In this document: positions 28,089-39,950 of the stretch, one piece after another
How the letters are laid out: every line of letters begins with the position of its first letter
How positions within the stretch are numbered: the stretch's first letter is position 1
Source of the DNA: Oscillospiraceae bacterium
GTDB lineage: Bacteria; Bacillota; Clostridia; Oscillospirales; Oscillospiraceae
Direction of reading: 5' to 3'
DNA length: 64,000 nucleotides
NCBI GenBank assembly: GCA_022793685.1
Contig: JAAWDI010000027.1
Location: 11,748-75,747, forward strand
Program-made: the position numbers and the translations under genes
Notes under the pieces: generated by a model
Told to the model about the DNA's origin: nothing
The model's database searches: none
Seen by the model: only the letters and a program-made list of their open reading frames with translations

Positions 28089-29114
28089 TTAATGGTTCAT
28101 CTGCTTTCTGCGGGACAGGTTCATGGTGCCGTCCTGCATATCGTTAATCATATCCAGACACTTGCCGGTACCGTAAGCCACACAGGAAATGGCGTCGTCG
28201 GCAATGCGGGTCTCAATGCCCGTGTGGGACTCGATGAGCTTGTCGAAACCCCAGACCAGACTGCCGCCGCCCGTCATAATGATGCCGTTGTTGGACACGT
28301 CGGCCACCAACTCCGGCGGCGTGCGCTCCAGCACGGAGTGAACCGCCTCCAGAATACGGCTGGAGACCTCTTCAAAAGCCTCAATCATCTCATTGGACGA
28401 GACGGAGAACACGCGGGGCAGGCCGGTCATCAGGCAGCGGCCCTTGATTTCCACCGTCTGCTCCTCCGGACGGGGGAACACGCAGCCAATGGTCTTTTTC
28501 AGCTCTTCGGCAGTACGTTCGCCAATCAGCACGTTGTGCTTGCGGCGTATGTACTTCACCACAGCTTCGTCGAATTGGTCGCCCGCGATTTTAATTGAGG
28601 TGGATTCAACTACACCGGAGAGAGAGATAACCGCAATGTCCGTTGTACCGCCGCCGATGTCCACCACCATGTGGCCGTCCGGCTTGGCAATGTCGATACC
28701 CGCGCCAATGGCGGCCGCCATCGGCTCTTCAATCAGATAGACTTTGCTTGCGCCCGCCTGAATACCGGCGTCCACCACCGCGCGCTCCTCTACCTCGGTG
28801 ATGCCGGAGGGGATGCAGATGACCAGACGGGGCTTGAAGATACGGGCGGTGGTCACCTTGCGGATAAACTCGCGCAGCATCCGCTCTGTGGTTTCAAAGT
28901 CGGAAATAACGCCCTCCCGCAAGGGGCGGATGGCAATGATATTGCCCGGCGTGCGGCCCAGCATCTGCTGCGCCTCGGTGCCCACCTTCAACAGCTTTCC
29001 GCTGTCCTTGTCAATGGCCACCACGGAAGGCTCGCGCAGGACAACGCCCTTGCCCTTGACGTACACCAAAATGGAGGCGGTACCCAAGTCGATACCGATT
29101 TCTTTGCTGAACAT
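28089..29114 (-). CDS. mreB: Rod shape-determining protein MreB/Mbl
   Basis: MFSKEIGIDLGTASILVYVKGKG..., VICIPSGITEVEERA, and MVVDIGGGTTDIAVISL. ATG 29114 (gaggtgg SD) is preferred; the alternative ATG 29171 would add 19 aa. Confidence 0.9.
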   Translation of the reverse strand: MFSKEIGIDLGTASILVYVKGKGVVLREPSVVAIDKDSGKLLKVGTEAQQMLGRTPGNIIAIRPLREGVISDFETTERMLREFIRKVTTARIFKPRLVICIPSGITEVEERAVVDAGIQAGASKVYLIEEPMAAAIGAGIDIAKPDGHMVVDIGGGTTDIAVISLSGVVESTSIKIAGDQFDEAVVKYIRRKHNVLIGERTAEELKKTIGCVFPRPEEQTVEIKGRCLMTGLPRVFSVSSNEMIEAFEEVSSRILEAVHSVLERTPPELVADVSNNGIIMTGGGSLVWGFDKLIESHTGIETRIADDAISCVAYGTGKCLDMINDMQDGTMNLSRRKQMNH

Positions 29115-29221
29115 AAAGCCACCTCGAAATAAATTCTTTATCTTACGAATGATACTACCCAAAAACCCCATGACTTATCCACTCCATTATAGCGAAACAT
29201 CTTGTGCATTTCAACGAAAAT

Positions 29222-29905
29222 TTACAAATTCCTTCCTAAAGGGCCATTTTCTTTTCCCGTTCTGGCAAAAGCGGCGCAAACCACCTCCCGCGCGCCCGCC
29301 TCTTTCAGCGTGCGGGCGCACTCCGAAAGGGTGGAGCCGGTGGTAACAATATCGTCGATAAGTAAAACCCGTTTATCCCTGACCAAAGCGGGCTTTACCG
29401 CCTCATAGCAGTCCCGCACATTGGCCCGCCGTGCGTCCGCGCTGTCCATGGAAGACTGCGCCTGCGGGTTGCGCACCTTGCGAAGGGTCTTTATCAGCGG
29501 CCGCTTCAGCTCCTTCGCAGCAGAGGCGGCAATCAGGTACGCCTGGTCATAGCCGCGCTTCCATTTGCGCTGTCGGCTCAGAGGCGCCCAGGTAATCAGG
29601 TCATAACGTCCCGCCAAGCGGTCACAAGCGCACTGCCCCACCAGCTTGCCGTAAGCTTCAGCATAGCACTTAATGCCGTCAAATTTATAGCGGTGAAATG
29701 ATTGTCTCACCACATCACGGTACCACAGGGGAGCAACGCACACATCAAACTCTTTGCCGGACACGTCCGGCGTTTCCTTCTCCACCCACGGCAGCGACTT
29801 CTGACACGAGGCGCAGAGGCCGTCTTCGCCTGCCTTCAAAAGCCTTCGGCAGAAGGGGCAGCGGGCTGGGAACAGAAGCCCGCCCAGCGCCTTAAGCGCG
29901 CCCAT
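29222..29905 (-). CDS. comFC: ComF family protein (amidophosphoribosyltransferase-like, ComFC)
   Basis: N-terminal zinc finger CPFCRR...CASC, and C-terminal PRT motif VLLIDDIVTTGSTL. Confidence 0.85.
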   Translation of the reverse strand: MGALKALGGLLFPARCPFCRRLLKAGEDGLCASCQKSLPWVEKETPDVSGKEFDVCVAPLWYRDVVRQSFHRYKFDGIKCYAEAYGKLVGQCACDRLAGRYDLITWAPLSRQRKWKRGYDQAYLIAASAAKELKRPLIKTLRKVRNPQAQSSMDSADARRANVRDCYEAVKPALVRDKRVLLIDDIVTTGSTLSECARTLKEAGAREVVCAAFARTGKENGPLGRNL

Positions 29906-30086
29906 CTTCTATATCCGCCCCGGTAATGGGGCCATGCTCCCGCTCAAACTGCCGAATACAGTTTTGGATGAGGTAATAAACCTGTCCGTTCAGAGTGCGG
30001 CCTTCATAATCGGCAATATAGGCCAATTTCTGATGCACTCTGACGTCAACGCGAAGTCCTACATGTTTAATATCTTTCTTTGCCAT
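29892..30086 (-). CDS. Small ribbon-helix-helix (Arc/CopG-like) protein
   Basis: 64 aa. MAKKDIKHVGLRVDVRVHQKLAYIADYEGRTLNGQVYYLI fits a beta-strand plus two-helix RHH pattern. SD agaggtg. The 3' end overlaps the comFC start by 14 nt. Confidence 0.5.
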   Translation of the reverse strand: MAKKDIKHVGLRVDVRVHQKLAYIADYEGRTLNGQVYYLIQNCIRQFEREHGPITGADIEDGRA

Positions 30087-30158
30087 ACGATACACCTCTT
30101 CGTAAGTATCGTATGCAAATCCACGCAGTTAAAGTCCAATTCGCGTGCAAATGCACGC

Positions 30159-32387
30159 TTATAATTGCGTCGTATTCAGCGCCGCCAGCCGAGCGCGCAG
30201 ACCGGAATAGCGCCGCTGCTGGCGGTTATTGGCCACCATCTGCTCAATCTTATGCTCATCTCCCACGGCAATGAACAGTTCCTTTGCTCTGGTGATGGCG
30301 GTATAAAGAACTCCCCGTGTGAGAAGCATGGGCGCGCCGTCCAGCGCGGCAAGCACCACCGCCCGGTATTCGCTTCCCTGTGCCTTATGGACCGTAACGG
30401 CATAGGCTAATTCCAGCTCTCCCAGCAAATCCGGAGTGTATTCCGCTACCCGGCCGTCGAAGTCCACCGTCACCATGTCCGCCTTTGGGTCTAAAGCGAT
30501 AATCTGGCCGATGTCGCCGTTCCAGATACCCATGCCGGAGTTTTCGCCTCCCGGCGTGCGCCATAGAATGTCATAGTTGTTTTTTACCTGCATCACCCGG
30601 TCTCCCTGCCGGAAGACCGTCTCACCATAGCGGCGTTCTCCCTTTCCATCTATCGCAGGGTTGACGGCGTTTTGCAAGGCGCGGTTAAGTGCGGAAGTCC
30701 CAGTGGCGTGCTTGCGGGTGGGGGAAAGCACCTGAATTTCTGAAACAGGGATACCCATATTGACGGGCAGCCGTCGGGCCACCAAATCAACAATGGTATC
30801 CACCGCCCGAACGCCGTCTGTGCGCCGCAGGAAAAAGAAATCGCTTTTGCCGTTCTTCAGCAGCGGCAGTTCTCCGCGGTTGACGCCGTGGGCATTCAAG
30901 ATGATGGCGCTCTCCGCAGCCTGTCGGAATATCTCCGTCAGCCGCACGGTCGGCACTACGCCGCTTCGCAGCAGGTCTGAGAGCACGCTTCCCGGCCCCA
31001 CGGAAGGAAGCTGGTCAGGGTCGCCCACCAGCACCAGCCGGCAGTCTGACCGCAAGGCGGCCAGCAGGGCGTGCATCAATGTTATGTCAACCATAGAGGC
31101 CTCATCCACGATGACTGCATCGCAGGCAAGCGGGTCGCTTTCATCATGGGTGAACACCAAACGGCCTGTGCGGTTGTCAAAGGCTGTCTCCAGCAGCCGG
31201 TGGACGGTGGACGCTTCGGTGCCGCAGAGGTCGCCCAGCCGCTTGGCAGCTCGTCCGGTTGGGGCGGCAAGTGCAGTCTCCAGCCCCATGGCTTCAAATA
31301 AGGCAAGCACCCCCCGCAGGGAGGTGGTCTTTCCGGTACCCGGCCCGCCGGTGAGCAGCATCACCTGACTGCGTGCGGCCAGTTCCACCGCCTGCCGCTG
31401 CTGGGGTGCATAGGTGATATGCTGTTCCCGCTGAATAGAGCGGATAAGCTTGTCCAAATCGTTTGGCGGTAAGTATTCCCGTCCGGCCATCTCCGCCAGC
31501 CGGAAAGCAACATAGCATTCGTCGGCGTGAAGCTCTGCCAGATAGCAAGCCTGTTCTCCTGCCACCTCCTCCTGCTCCACCTCGCCGCGCTCAAGAAGGG
31601 CTTCCAGGCCCTCCTCCACCAGCGCCGCGTCGTCCTCCAGTCCAATGAGGGCCGCAGTCGCAGGCAGAAGCTTCCGTCGGGGCAAAAAAGTATGGCCGTT
31701 GTTCAGGTTGTGGGTCAATTCAAACAACACCGCCGCCTCAATCCGTTGGGGGTCGTCACCCTCTACGCCGAGCGCCAGCGCGATGGCATCCGCCGCGGCA
31801 AACTCTACCCCCAGTTCCGGGTCTACCAGTAAATAGGGGTTGTCCTTTAGGATTTCCAGCGCAGCGTTGCCAAACCGGCGGTAAAGAGGCATGCCAAGCT
31901 GAAGGGGCAATTCATGCTCCCCGAGAAATTCCAGAAGCCGACGCATCCCCATGCGGGAACGGAAAGCATCGCTCAGCTCCCGCGCCCGTTTGGCGGTGAT
32001 GCCTTTGATGGCGGTCAGCTTTTCCGGCTCCTCTTCCAAAACGGTGAGGGCTTCCGCGCCGAAAAGGGCGACCAGCTTGCGGGCGGTGGCCATACCGATA
32101 CCGGATACCACACCGGAGGAAAGATACTCGAAAACCGCCTTCTCCCCCACCGGCATCCGCCGTTCCACCACGTCCGCCTTAAACTGCTCGCCGTAGCTCT
32201 GATGGCGCGTCCAGCGCCCGGAAAGGGTAAGTCCCTCTCCCGGCGCTGCGTCTGGGATACAGCCCACGGCGGTAATCTCTCCCTCACCCGCTTCAAGACG
32301 GAGGACGGTATAGCCGTTCTCGTCGTTGCGGTAAATGATGGAGGACACCGTGCCGTCTATGGTGTTGTAGTCCCGCTCCTCCGCCAA
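30159..32387 (-). CDS. recD2: SF1B ATP-dependent RecD-like DNA helicase (RecD2)
   Basis: N-terminal OB/HhH region, Walker A GGPGTGKTT, VIVDEASMVD, VLVGDPDQLPSVGPG, and C-terminal YAVTVHKAQGSE. Confidence 0.9.
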   Translation of the reverse strand: MAEERDYNTIDGTVSSIIYRNDENGYTVLRLEAGEGEITAVGCIPDAAPGEGLTLSGRWTRHQSYGEQFKADVVERRMPVGEKAVFEYLSSGVVSGIGMATARKLVALFGAEALTVLEEEPEKLTAIKGITAKRARELSDAFRSRMGMRRLLEFLGEHELPLQLGMPLYRRFGNAALEILKDNPYLLVDPELGVEFAAADAIALALGVEGDDPQRIEAAVLFELTHNLNNGHTFLPRRKLLPATAALIGLEDDAALVEEGLEALLERGEVEQEEVAGEQACYLAELHADECYVAFRLAEMAGREYLPPNDLDKLIRSIQREQHITYAPQQRQAVELAARSQVMLLTGGPGTGKTTSLRGVLALFEAMGLETALAAPTGRAAKRLGDLCGTEASTVHRLLETAFDNRTGRLVFTHDESDPLACDAVIVDEASMVDITLMHALLAALRSDCRLVLVGDPDQLPSVGPGSVLSDLLRSGVVPTVRLTEIFRQAAESAIILNAHGVNRGELPLLKNGKSDFFFLRRTDGVRAVDTIVDLVARRLPVNMGIPVSEIQVLSPTRKHATGTSALNRALQNAVNPAIDGKGERRYGETVFRQGDRVMQVKNNYDILWRTPGGENSGMGIWNGDIGQIIALDPKADMVTVDFDGRVAEYTPDLLGELELAYAVTVHKAQGSEYRAVVLAALDGAPMLLTRGVLYTAITRAKELFIAVGDEHKIEQMVANNRQQRRYSGLRARLAALNTTQL

Positions 32388-32394
32388 AACGGTG

Positions 32395-32745
32395 TCACTC
32401 CTCTTCCCAATAATCTGACCGCAGGAGCGCCTCCAAATCGCCCGGCGCAGACAAAAGAACGTCTATATGTTCCTCCGCGATGCGTTGGGCGATGGCCCGC
32501 CCCTCGGCGTCCAGCCCCAAATCGGCAATGACGATGCCGCCGCAGCTTGCGCCGTTGCTCTGCATCCATAAGAGGCCGCGGACCGTCCGCTCCAGGTCTC
32601 CGCCGCTTCCGCAGGCAGATACCACCGCGTGGGCGCGGCCCGCCGGCAGAGGCGTCACCAGCCGTCCAAACCAGAACCAGCCCAGCGCCAGCACACCGGC
32701 CGCCGCCAAGAGAACGCCCAAAATCTCTAAAAAACCGTTCATCAT
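32395..32745 (-). CDS. Hypothetical membrane-anchored protein
   Basis: 116-aa ORF with an N-terminal TM helix, tightly packed between neighbouring genes. No family recognised. Confidence 0.5.
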   Translation of the reverse strand: MMNGFLEILGVLLAAAGVLALGWFWFGRLVTPLPAGRAHAVVSACGSGGDLERTVRGLLWMQSNGASCGGIVIADLGLDAEGRAIAQRIAEEHIDVLLSAPGDLEALLRSDYWEEE

Positions 32746-32784
32746 GCCACCTCCGCCCCATCTTATGCGGCGAAAGCTGCGCTG

Positions 32785-33273
32785 TTACAACAAAAAGGCA
32801 GAAAACCCGAAGGTAATACCGGATACCAGCACCCCCGCCACCAATACGCCCGCCACGATAGCAGGCAGAGCCTCCCGCAGGCGCATTCCCAGCAGGGCAG
32901 CCACCAGCGCGCCTGTCCATGCACCGGTTCCGGGCAAGGGAATCGCCACCAGCAGCATCAGACCCCAAAAGCGGTATTTCGTCACCAGCGAGCCTTTCAG
33001 GTGCGCCTTGTGCTCCAGCTTGTCCACCAGTGCATTGAACCGCGGCATCCGCTGGCGCATCCAGTGAAATATTCTGCGAATATAGACCACAATGAAGGGC
33101 GCGGGAATGATATTCCCCACCACACTGGCGAGAAACGCCCCCCACAGGGGCAGTCCAATTCCCACGCCGAAGGGGATGCCGCCCCGCAGCTCAACAACCG
33201 GCAGCATGGAAACCAAGGCGGTGAATACCACCTCGCCCAAACCGCTTCCGGTCAGCCATTGCATAAGCTCCAA
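32785..33273 (-). CDS. Small multi-drug export protein family (COG2426/PF06695-like)
   Basis: PVVELRGGIPFG...GNIIPAPF...IPLPGTGAWTGALVAALLG is the pattern of this family. Confidence 0.65.
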   Translation of the reverse strand: MELMQWLTGSGLGEVVFTALVSMLPVVELRGGIPFGVGIGLPLWGAFLASVVGNIIPAPFIVVYIRRIFHWMRQRMPRFNALVDKLEHKAHLKGSLVTKYRFWGLMLLVAIPLPGTGAWTGALVAALLGMRLREALPAIVAGVLVAGVLVSGITFGFSAFLL

Positions 33274-33381
33274 CGGGTCTGCTCCCCCCTTCCGTGTTGT
33301 TCCGCCGTGCTTCCGGCGTTAACGTCATTGTATCACGCCCTATCCGGGCGCACAATTTAAGTTTTTCTAAAATCGTCCGGC

Positions 33382-36207
33382 TTACAGCATCCGCTTCAGG
33401 TATTGCCCGGTATAGCTCTCCGCGCAAGCCGCCACCTGCTCAGGCGTGCCGGTACAGACGACGGTTCCGCCGCCGTCTCCGCCCTCCGGACCAAGGTCAA
33501 TGATGTGGTCGGCCGTCTTGATGACGTCCAGATTGTGTTCGATGACAAGCACCGTATTCCCCATGTCCACCAGTCTTTGGAGCACCTCAATGAGCATATG
33601 CACGTCGGCGGTGTGCAGCCCTGTGGTCGGCTCGTCCAGAATATAGATGGTGGAACCGGTGGAGCGCTTGGCCAGCTCGGTGGCCAGCTTCACCCGCTGG
33701 GCTTCGCCGCCCGACAGCGTGGTAGACGGCTGCCCCAGCTTGACATAGGACAGGCCCACGTCATACAGAGTACGCAGTCTGTTATAGATGCGGGGCAGGT
33801 TATCAAAGAAGGGCAGGGCCTCCTCCACCGTCATGTCCAGCACCTCATAGATGTTCTTGCCCTTGTAGCGCACCTCCAGCGTTTCTCGGTTATAGCGCTT
33901 ACCCTTGCACACCTCACAGGGCACATAGATGTCGGGCAGGAAGTGCATTTCAATTTTCAGCAGGCCGTCGCCCGCGCACGCCTCGCACCGGCCGCCCCGA
34001 ACGTTGAAGGAAAACCGCCCCGGCCCGTAGCCCCGGCTCTTGGCGTCCTGGGTGGAGGCAAACAAGTCGCGGATGTCGTTGAACAGTCCGGTGTAGGTGG
34101 CGGGGTTGGAGCGGGGCGTCCGTCCGATGGGCGACTGGTCGATGTTGATGACCTTGTCTAAAAATTCCTCGCCTTCAATGCCGTCATGCTTTCCGGCCCG
34201 CACCTTCACCCGATTCAGGTCTGCGCCCAGCTTTTTGTAGATGATTTCGTTGACCAGACTGGACTTCCCGCTGCCCGATACGCCGGTCACGCAGGTGAAC
34301 GTCCCAAGCGGAATGGACACGTCCACATGCTTGAGGTTGTTCTCCGCCGCGCCCCGAACGGTGAGCAGGTTTCCGTTCCCTGTTCGGCGCTCCTTTGGCA
34401 CGGGTATCTTCTTCCGCCCTGACAGGTAATCTCCGGTGATGGAACCGGGGGTCGCCATGACCTCCTCGGCCGTTCCCGCGGCCACCACCTGTCCGCCGTG
34501 GACGCCAGCGCCGGGGCCGATGTCCACGATATAGTCGGCGGCGCGCATGGTGTCCTCGTCGTGCTCCACCACAAGGAGGGTGTTGCCCAAGTCACGCAGG
34601 CGCTTCATGGTGTTCAGCAGCATGTCGTTGTCCCGCTGGTGGAGGCCGATGGACGGCTCGTCCAGAATATACAGTACCCCCATGAGCGAGGAGCCAATCT
34701 GCGTGGCCAGCCGGATGCGCTGGCTCTCGCCGCCGGAGAGGGAGGCCGCGCTGCGGCCCAGAGTCAGATATTGCAGACCCACGCTGCGCAGGAAGCCCAG
34801 CCGGTCTTTGATTTCTTTCAAAATGCGCTCGGCAATCATCATCTTCTGCTGGGACAGGGTCAGCCCCTCCACAAACTCGAGGGACTCTGTCACAGCCTTG
34901 CGGCAGAAATCGTGGATGGAGATGCCGCCTACCGTCACCGCCAGAGACTCTTTTCTGAGGCGTTTCCCGCCGCAGCCGGGACAAGGCTTGGCGGACATGA
35001 CCTCCTCCAGCTCCCGCTTCACCGAATCGGACTGGGTCTCCCGGTAGCGGCGCTCGATGTTGTTGATGATGCCCTCAAAGGGCTGGTTCAAGGTGCCGCG
35101 GCCGTTTTCCCGCTCATAGGTCAGCTTCAGCTTCTCCCCCTTGGTGCCGTACAGAATGACGTCCATCACCTCGTCGGGAAGCTGTTCCACCGGCGTGCTG
35201 AGCTTGAACTTGTACCGCTTGGCCAGCGCGTCGAAGTACATCCGGGAAATGCCGTCTCCCTTGATGTTGTTCCAGCCGGAAACCGTAATGGCCCCGTCTA
35301 AAATGGACAGGCTTCGGTTGGGGATGATGAGGTCGGGGTCTACCTTGAGCTGGCTGCCCAGTCCGGTACAGTCCGGGCAGGCGCCGAAGGGATTGTTGAA
35401 GGAAAACATTCGGGGCGCCAGTTCCTCGATGGACACGCCGCAGTCCTCACAGGCATAGTTCTGCGAGAACATGATGTCCCGCTCCTCGTCCCCCAGCACG
35501 TTGATAACCACCAGCCCACCTGCAAGCTGGGAGGCGGTCTCCACGCTGTCCGTCAGGCGGCGGGCCACGTCCTCCCGAATAACCAAGCGGTCTACCACCA
35601 CTTCGATGTTGTGCTTCTTGTTCTTATCCAGCTTGATTTCCTCGGTCAGCTCATAGAGGGAACCGTCCACCCGCACACGAACATAGCCGGATTTACGGGA
35701 ATCCTCAAAAATCTTTTGATACTCGCCCTTTTTGCCCCGCACCACGGGGGCCAACACCTGAATACGGGTGGCCTCCGGCAGCTTGAGCACCTGGTCGATA
35801 ATCTGGTCGATGGTCTGCTGTTTGATTTCCTTGCCGCATTTGGGGCAGTGAGGGGTACCCACCCGCGCCCACAGCAGGCGCAGGTAGTCGTATATCTCCG
35901 TCACCGTACCCACGGTAGAACGGGGGTTTTTGGAAGTGGTCTTCTGGTCGATGGAGATGGCGGGACTGAGGCCGTCGATATAGTCCACGTCCGGCTTCTC
36001 CATCTGGCCCAAAAACATGCGGGCGTAGGAAGATAGGGACTCTACATACCGCCGCTGGCCTTCGGCATAGATGGTGTCAAAGGCAAGGGACGACTTGCCG
36101 CTGCCGCTGAGGCCGGTCAGCACCACCAGCTTGTCGCGGGGAATGTCCACCTCAATGTTTTTCAGATTGTTTGTCCGTGCGCCCTTGATGGAAATATGGT
36201 CGAGCAT
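33382..36207 (-). CDS. uvrA: Excinuclease ABC subunit UvrA
   Basis: [54 protein letters not shown]..., a second [10 protein letters not shown], and zinc modules. ATG 36207 follows gaaggag. Confidence 0.96.
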   Translation of the reverse strand: MLDHISIKGARTNNLKNIEVDIPRDKLVVLTGLSGSGKSSLAFDTIYAEGQRRYVESLSSYARMFLGQMEKPDVDYIDGLSPAISIDQKTTSKNPRSTVGTVTEIYDYLRLLWARVGTPHCPKCGKEIKQQTIDQIIDQVLKLPEATRIQVLAPVVRGKKGEYQKIFEDSRKSGYVRVRVDGSLYELTEEIKLDKNKKHNIEVVVDRLVIREDVARRLTDSVETASQLAGGLVVINVLGDEERDIMFSQNYACEDCGVSIEELAPRMFSFNNPFGACPDCTGLGSQLKVDPDLIIPNRSLSILDGAITVSGWNNIKGDGISRMYFDALAKRYKFKLSTPVEQLPDEVMDVILYGTKGEKLKLTYERENGRGTLNQPFEGIINNIERRYRETQSDSVKRELEEVMSAKPCPGCGGKRLRKESLAVTVGGISIHDFCRKAVTESLEFVEGLTLSQQKMMIAERILKEIKDRLGFLRSVGLQYLTLGRSAASLSGGESQRIRLATQIGSSLMGVLYILDEPSIGLHQRDNDMLLNTMKRLRDLGNTLLVVEHDEDTMRAADYIVDIGPGAGVHGGQVVAAGTAEEVMATPGSITGDYLSGRKKIPVPKERRTGNGNLLTVRGAAENNLKHVDVSIPLGTFTCVTGVSGSGKSSLVNEIIYKKLGADLNRVKVRAGKHDGIEGEEFLDKVINIDQSPIGRTPRSNPATYTGLFNDIRDLFASTQDAKSRGYGPGRFSFNVRGGRCEACAGDGLLKIEMHFLPDIYVPCEVCKGKRYNRETLEVRYKGKNIYEVLDMTVEEALPFFDNLPRIYNRLRTLYDVGLSYVKLGQPSTTLSGGEAQRVKLATELAKRSTGSTIYILDEPTTGLHTADVHMLIEVLQRLVDMGNTVLVIEHNLDVIKTADHIIDLGPEGGDGGGTVVCTGTPEQVAACAESYTGQYLKRML

Positions 36208-36226
36208 AGCTTTGGTTCTCCTTCTG

Positions 36227-36604
36227 TTACTCTGCGATTTCGCGCTGCACTTTTTTGGGCAGCTTTTCCAGCACCAGCCGGTGTGATTGGCCGCACATCT
36301 CCCGCAAGACGTCCTCCGGCAGCGCACCGTCCAGCAAAACGGCGTTCCAGTTGCGCTTGTCCATGTAAAAGCCGGGCAGCACCTCCGGATATTCCGCCCG
36401 ATACAGCTCTGCCATGCGGGGGTCGCACTTCAGATTGACAAGGGGATGTCCGCCATACGTCCCGTGCTTTTCGTCAGGCCTACACACTGCGGCAAACAGC
36501 TTGCCCCGTATCATATAGCGTTGCCACTGCCATTCCTCCTTGAAGTCCTTCTCCGCCCCCGGCAGAGCAAGGAGGTATTCGTCCAGCCAGTTGTAGTTCA
36601 CCAT
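36227..36604 (-). CDS. MmcQ/YjbR family DNA-binding protein
   Basis: 125 aa. The pattern [25 protein letters not shown]...LNLKCDP...[10 protein letters not shown] is typical of YjbR. Confidence 0.75.
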   Translation of the reverse strand: MVNYNWLDEYLLALPGAEKDFKEEWQWQRYMIRGKLFAAVCRPDEKHGTYGGHPLVNLKCDPRMAELYRAEYPEVLPGFYMDKRNWNAVLLDGALPEDVLREMCGQSHRLVLEKLPKKVQREIAE

Positions 36605-36619
36605 CGTACTCTCCTCTGC

Positions 36620-36961
36620 TTATCCTAACATTCCGGCAAGGATTGCCATGATGTCCGGTCTGACAATGAGATAAATCAGGCAGGCCGCCGCCTGAATTGC
36701 TACCCAAATGATAACCAGCAGCAGGACGACACGAAGAACGCGGTAAAGCACCCGCTTGCCGCCCTCCAGCGTGTCTATGTAGGCGCGGTCCATGGTGCCC
36801 CGCTTTTTCCAAAAACGGAAAATCAGCAGAAGGATAAGCAAAAGGATAAGGTTCCACACCAGCAGACACGCCGCAATCACAGGCAACGCCATCCCAAGCA
36901 GGTAAAGCGCTCCCACCATCAGCAACAGCGGCCATAATAGAATAAGCGATATAATTACCAT
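36620..36961 (-). CDS. Hypothetical small membrane protein (3-4 TM)
   Basis: 113-aa hydrophobic ORF in a tight operon context between M28 and mmcQ-like genes. Confidence 0.5.
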   Translation of the reverse strand: MVIISLILLWPLLLMVGALYLLGMALPVIAACLLVWNLILLLILLLIFRFWKKRGTMDRAYIDTLEGGKRVLYRVLRVVLLLVIIWVAIQAAACLIYLIVRPDIMAILAGMLG

Positions 36962-36983
36962 ATTGTTCTCTCTTCTTTCTCTA

Positions 36984-37940
36984 TCAATCAGGGTGTTCCT
37001 CCACCGTCTGCTCCAACAGACGCAGCACGCCGGAGCGCAGCAGGCGGATATTCTCTGTGTCCAACACAGTGTCCCGTCCGGTGTGGATGCGGTCCATGTA
37101 CCAGCCCACCAGACGGCTATGCTTCAGGGCGCACACCCCCACGCCCCGCTTGAAGCTCGCATTGTCCGAAGGGTAAAACCCGAACCCCCGAACGACCTCG
37201 ACGGTCTTGCAGCCCGCACCGGCGAACGCCCACTCCAGCCGTTCCAGCGCGGCGGCGTCCTTTTTCAGCCCGCGGCTTGGAAAAAGCTGAAGGGAATCCC
37301 CGTCAGAAACGCAGTCAAAATTCAGCGTCAACGTCTCCTTTTTCGCCTTTTGATGGGCTTTGGCAAAGGCGGCGGAACCAAGCATTCCCTTCTCCTCGTT
37401 GTCGAAAAATACAAAGCACACCCTGCTGCGTTCCTGCTCCGGCAGGGCGAGGGCAATTTTCAGCAAGGTCAGCACGCCGCTGGTGTTGTCATTGGCGGTG
37501 TGCTTGTTTGCCCTGCCGCCCAGCATCCACCAAACGCAGAAAATCAGGATGCCGTAAGCCGTCAGCATGGCTCCCCACAGGGGAAAGCCCTCAAACAAGC
37601 TGTGCAGCACAAATTCCGCCAGAAAAACCATGGCGAACATCCCCGCACAAATCAAAAGTTGGTAGAGGATATAGACAAGCAGATTCCGGGGCGTGATGAA
37701 ATTGGGGAACGGCAGGACGGCGCAGGTATCGTAATGGGCTGTCAGCAAAAGCTCTGCGCTCTCAGGGTCGCCCACCGCCACATTGCTGCTCATGCGGTCT
37801 TTGCTCTCCTCTATCACTGGCGCATATCCTGCTTTTTGCAGCTCTTCGCACAGCCATGCCCGGAATTTCTTCTTTTGCGCGGCGGACTTCCGAACCTGAA
37901 ACTGCTCCATCACCGTTTGGGCTTGCGGCGTCAGCGTCAT
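36984..37940 (-). CDS. M28 family metallopeptidase with internal TM segments
   Basis: Metal-ligand pattern [21 protein letters not shown], and C-terminal DRIHTGRD. The start ATGA-overlaps the uvrB stop. Confidence 0.75.
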   Translation of the reverse strand: MTLTPQAQTVMEQFQVRKSAAQKKKFRAWLCEELQKAGYAPVIEESKDRMSSNVAVGDPESAELLLTAHYDTCAVLPFPNFITPRNLLVYILYQLLICAGMFAMVFLAEFVLHSLFEGFPLWGAMLTAYGILIFCVWWMLGGRANKHTANDNTSGVLTLLKIALALPEQERSRVCFVFFDNEEKGMLGSAAFAKAHQKAKKETLTLNFDCVSDGDSLQLFPSRGLKKDAAALERLEWAFAGAGCKTVEVVRGFGFYPSDNASFKRGVGVCALKHSRLVGWYMDRIHTGRDTVLDTENIRLLRSGVLRLLEQTVEEHPD

Positions 37941-39907
37941 TTCCCGTTCCCCCGCAGCTTGATGATTTTGTCCCGCAGAATGGCGGCATACTCGAATTCC
38001 AGCATCTTGGCCGCCTCCTTCATCTCCCTTTCCAGACGGGCAATGGTTTCCATACGCTGGAGCTTTGTAAGCTGCTTCTCGTTTTCGTCGTATTCCTTGC
38101 CGTCTTCCTCCACCGACAGGTCGATGACGTCGCGCACCGACTTGATGATGGTCTTGGGCACAATGCCGTGGGCCTTGTTGAAAGCGTCCTGCTTCTCCCG
38201 TCGGCGCTCCGTCTCATCGATGGCGCGGCGCATGGACGGCGTGATGGAATCGGCGTACATGATGACAAGCCCTTCCGCGTTGCGGGCCGCCCGTCCGATG
38301 GTCTGGATGAGAGAGGTCTCGCTGCGGAGGAAGCCCTCTTTATCTGCGTCCAAAATGGCCACCAGACTGACCTCTGGCAGGTCGAGGCCCTCGCGCAAAA
38401 GGTTGATGCCCACCAGCACGTCAAAGGTGCCGAGGCGCAGGTCACGGATGATTTCCATCCGCTCGATGGTATCCACGTCATGGTGCATATAGCGCACCTT
38501 GATGCCCGCCCCCTGCAGGTAGGAAGTCAGGTCCTCCGCCATCTTTTTGGTCAGAGTGGTCACCAAGACTCGCTCGCTCCTGTCCGTTCGGGCGTTGATT
38601 TCTCCGATGAGGTCGTCAATCTGCCCCTCCACCGGACGCACTTCGATTTTCGGGTCAAGCAGACCGGTAGGCCGGATGACCTGCTCCACCACCTGTCCCG
38701 CACGGGTGCGCTCGTACGCCCCCGGCGTGGCGGAAACGTACACCACCTGATTGAGGCGCTTCTCAAACTCGTCAAATTTCAGCGGCCGGTTGTCAAAGGC
38801 GCAGGGCAGGCGGAAGCCGTACTCCACCAGAGTCTCCTTCCGCGCCCGGTCGCCGTTGTACATGGCCCGCACCTGCGGCAGGGTCACATGGCTTTCGTCG
38901 ATGAACATGACAAAATCGTCTGGGAAGTAATCCATCAGAGTATGGGGCGGCGAACCCACAGGCCGCCCTTCAATGACACGGGAATAGTTCTCAATGCCGG
39001 AGCAGTAGCCCAGTTCCTGCATCATTTCCACATCGTACATCACCCGCTGCTTGAGGCGCTGCGCCTCCACCAGTTGGTTGTTGGCGTTGAAGTGGGCCAC
39101 CCGTTCCTCCAGTTCGCGGTATATCTCCTGAATGGCGGCGTCCATCTTCTCTTTGGGGGTGACATAGTGGGTAGCCGGCCAAATGGGAATATTGTTCAGA
39201 CGGCGCACCGGCGTGCCGGTCACCACGTTCACCTCGCTGATGCGGTCAATCTCATCCCCAAAGAATTCCACCCGAATGGCCGTATCCTTCCAGTAGGCGG
39301 GGAATATTTCAATGGTGTCGCCCCGCACACGGAACATATTCCGCTCAAAGGCGATGTCGTTGCGCTCGTAGCGGATGTCCACCAGTCGGCGCATCAGCTC
39401 TTCCCGCTTGATGGTTGCGCCCACCCGCAGGGAGACCATCATCTTGGCAAAGTCCTCCGGCTCGCCCAAGCCGTAGATGCAGGAGACCGACGACACCACG
39501 ATAACGTCCTTCCGCTCCATCAGGGATGCGGTGGCGGCGATGCGCAGGCGGTCAATTTCGTCGTTGGTGGTGGCATCCTTCTCAATAAAAGTATCCGTAT
39601 GGGGGATATACGCCTCCGGCTGGTAATAGTCATAATAGGAGACGAAATACTCCACCGCGTTATTGGGGAAAAACTCCTTGAACTCGGCGCAGAGCTGGGC
39701 CGCCAGCGTCTTGTTGTGGGCCAGCACCAGCGTGGGGCGCTGTACCTGCTCGATGACCTTGGCCATGGTGAAGGTCTTGCCCGACCCAGTCACGCCCAGC
39801 AGCACCTGCTCGGACAGGCCGTTGTTGATGCCCTCCGCCAGCGCCGCAATGGCATCCGGCTGGTCGCCGGCCGGCTGATAGTCACTCACCACTTTGAATT
39901 CAGGCAT
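37937..39907 (-). CDS. uvrB: Excinuclease ABC subunit UvrB
   Basis: [17 protein letters not shown]..., [23 protein letters not shown], and the C-terminal UVR motif [14 protein letters not shown]. Confidence 0.96.
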   Translation of the reverse strand: MPEFKVVSDYQPAGDQPDAIAALAEGINNGLSEQVLLGVTGSGKTFTMAKVIEQVQRPTLVLAHNKTLAAQLCAEFKEFFPNNAVEYFVSYYDYYQPEAYIPHTDTFIEKDATTNDEIDRLRIAATASLMERKDVIVVSSVSCIYGLGEPEDFAKMMVSLRVGATIKREELMRRLVDIRYERNDIAFERNMFRVRGDTIEIFPAYWKDTAIRVEFFGDEIDRISEVNVVTGTPVRRLNNIPIWPATHYVTPKEKMDAAIQEIYRELEERVAHFNANNQLVEAQRLKQRVMYDVEMMQELGYCSGIENYSRVIEGRPVGSPPHTLMDYFPDDFVMFIDESHVTLPQVRAMYNGDRARKETLVEYGFRLPCAFDNRPLKFDEFEKRLNQVVYVSATPGAYERTRAGQVVEQVIRPTGLLDPKIEVRPVEGQIDDLIGEINARTDRSERVLVTTLTKKMAEDLTSYLQGAGIKVRYMHHDVDTIERMEIIRDLRLGTFDVLVGINLLREGLDLPEVSLVAILDADKEGFLRSETSLIQTIGRAARNAEGLVIMYADSITPSMRRAIDETERRREKQDAFNKAHGIVPKTIIKSVRDVIDLSVEEDGKEYDENEKQLTKLQRMETIARLEREMKEAAKMLEFEYAAILRDKIIKLRGNGK

Positions 39908-39950
39908 GGCGGCGTTTCCCCCTTTTCCCTTGATACCGTTTTATCATATC

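Noticed and set aside
29222-32387. RecD-like helicase, small RHH protein and ComF-like protein as a candidate defence module
   Set aside because: RecD2 and ComFC carry full housekeeping-type motifs, have normal GC content, and sit among core genes (mreB, uvrA). Nothing indicates a nuclease or abortive-infection effector.
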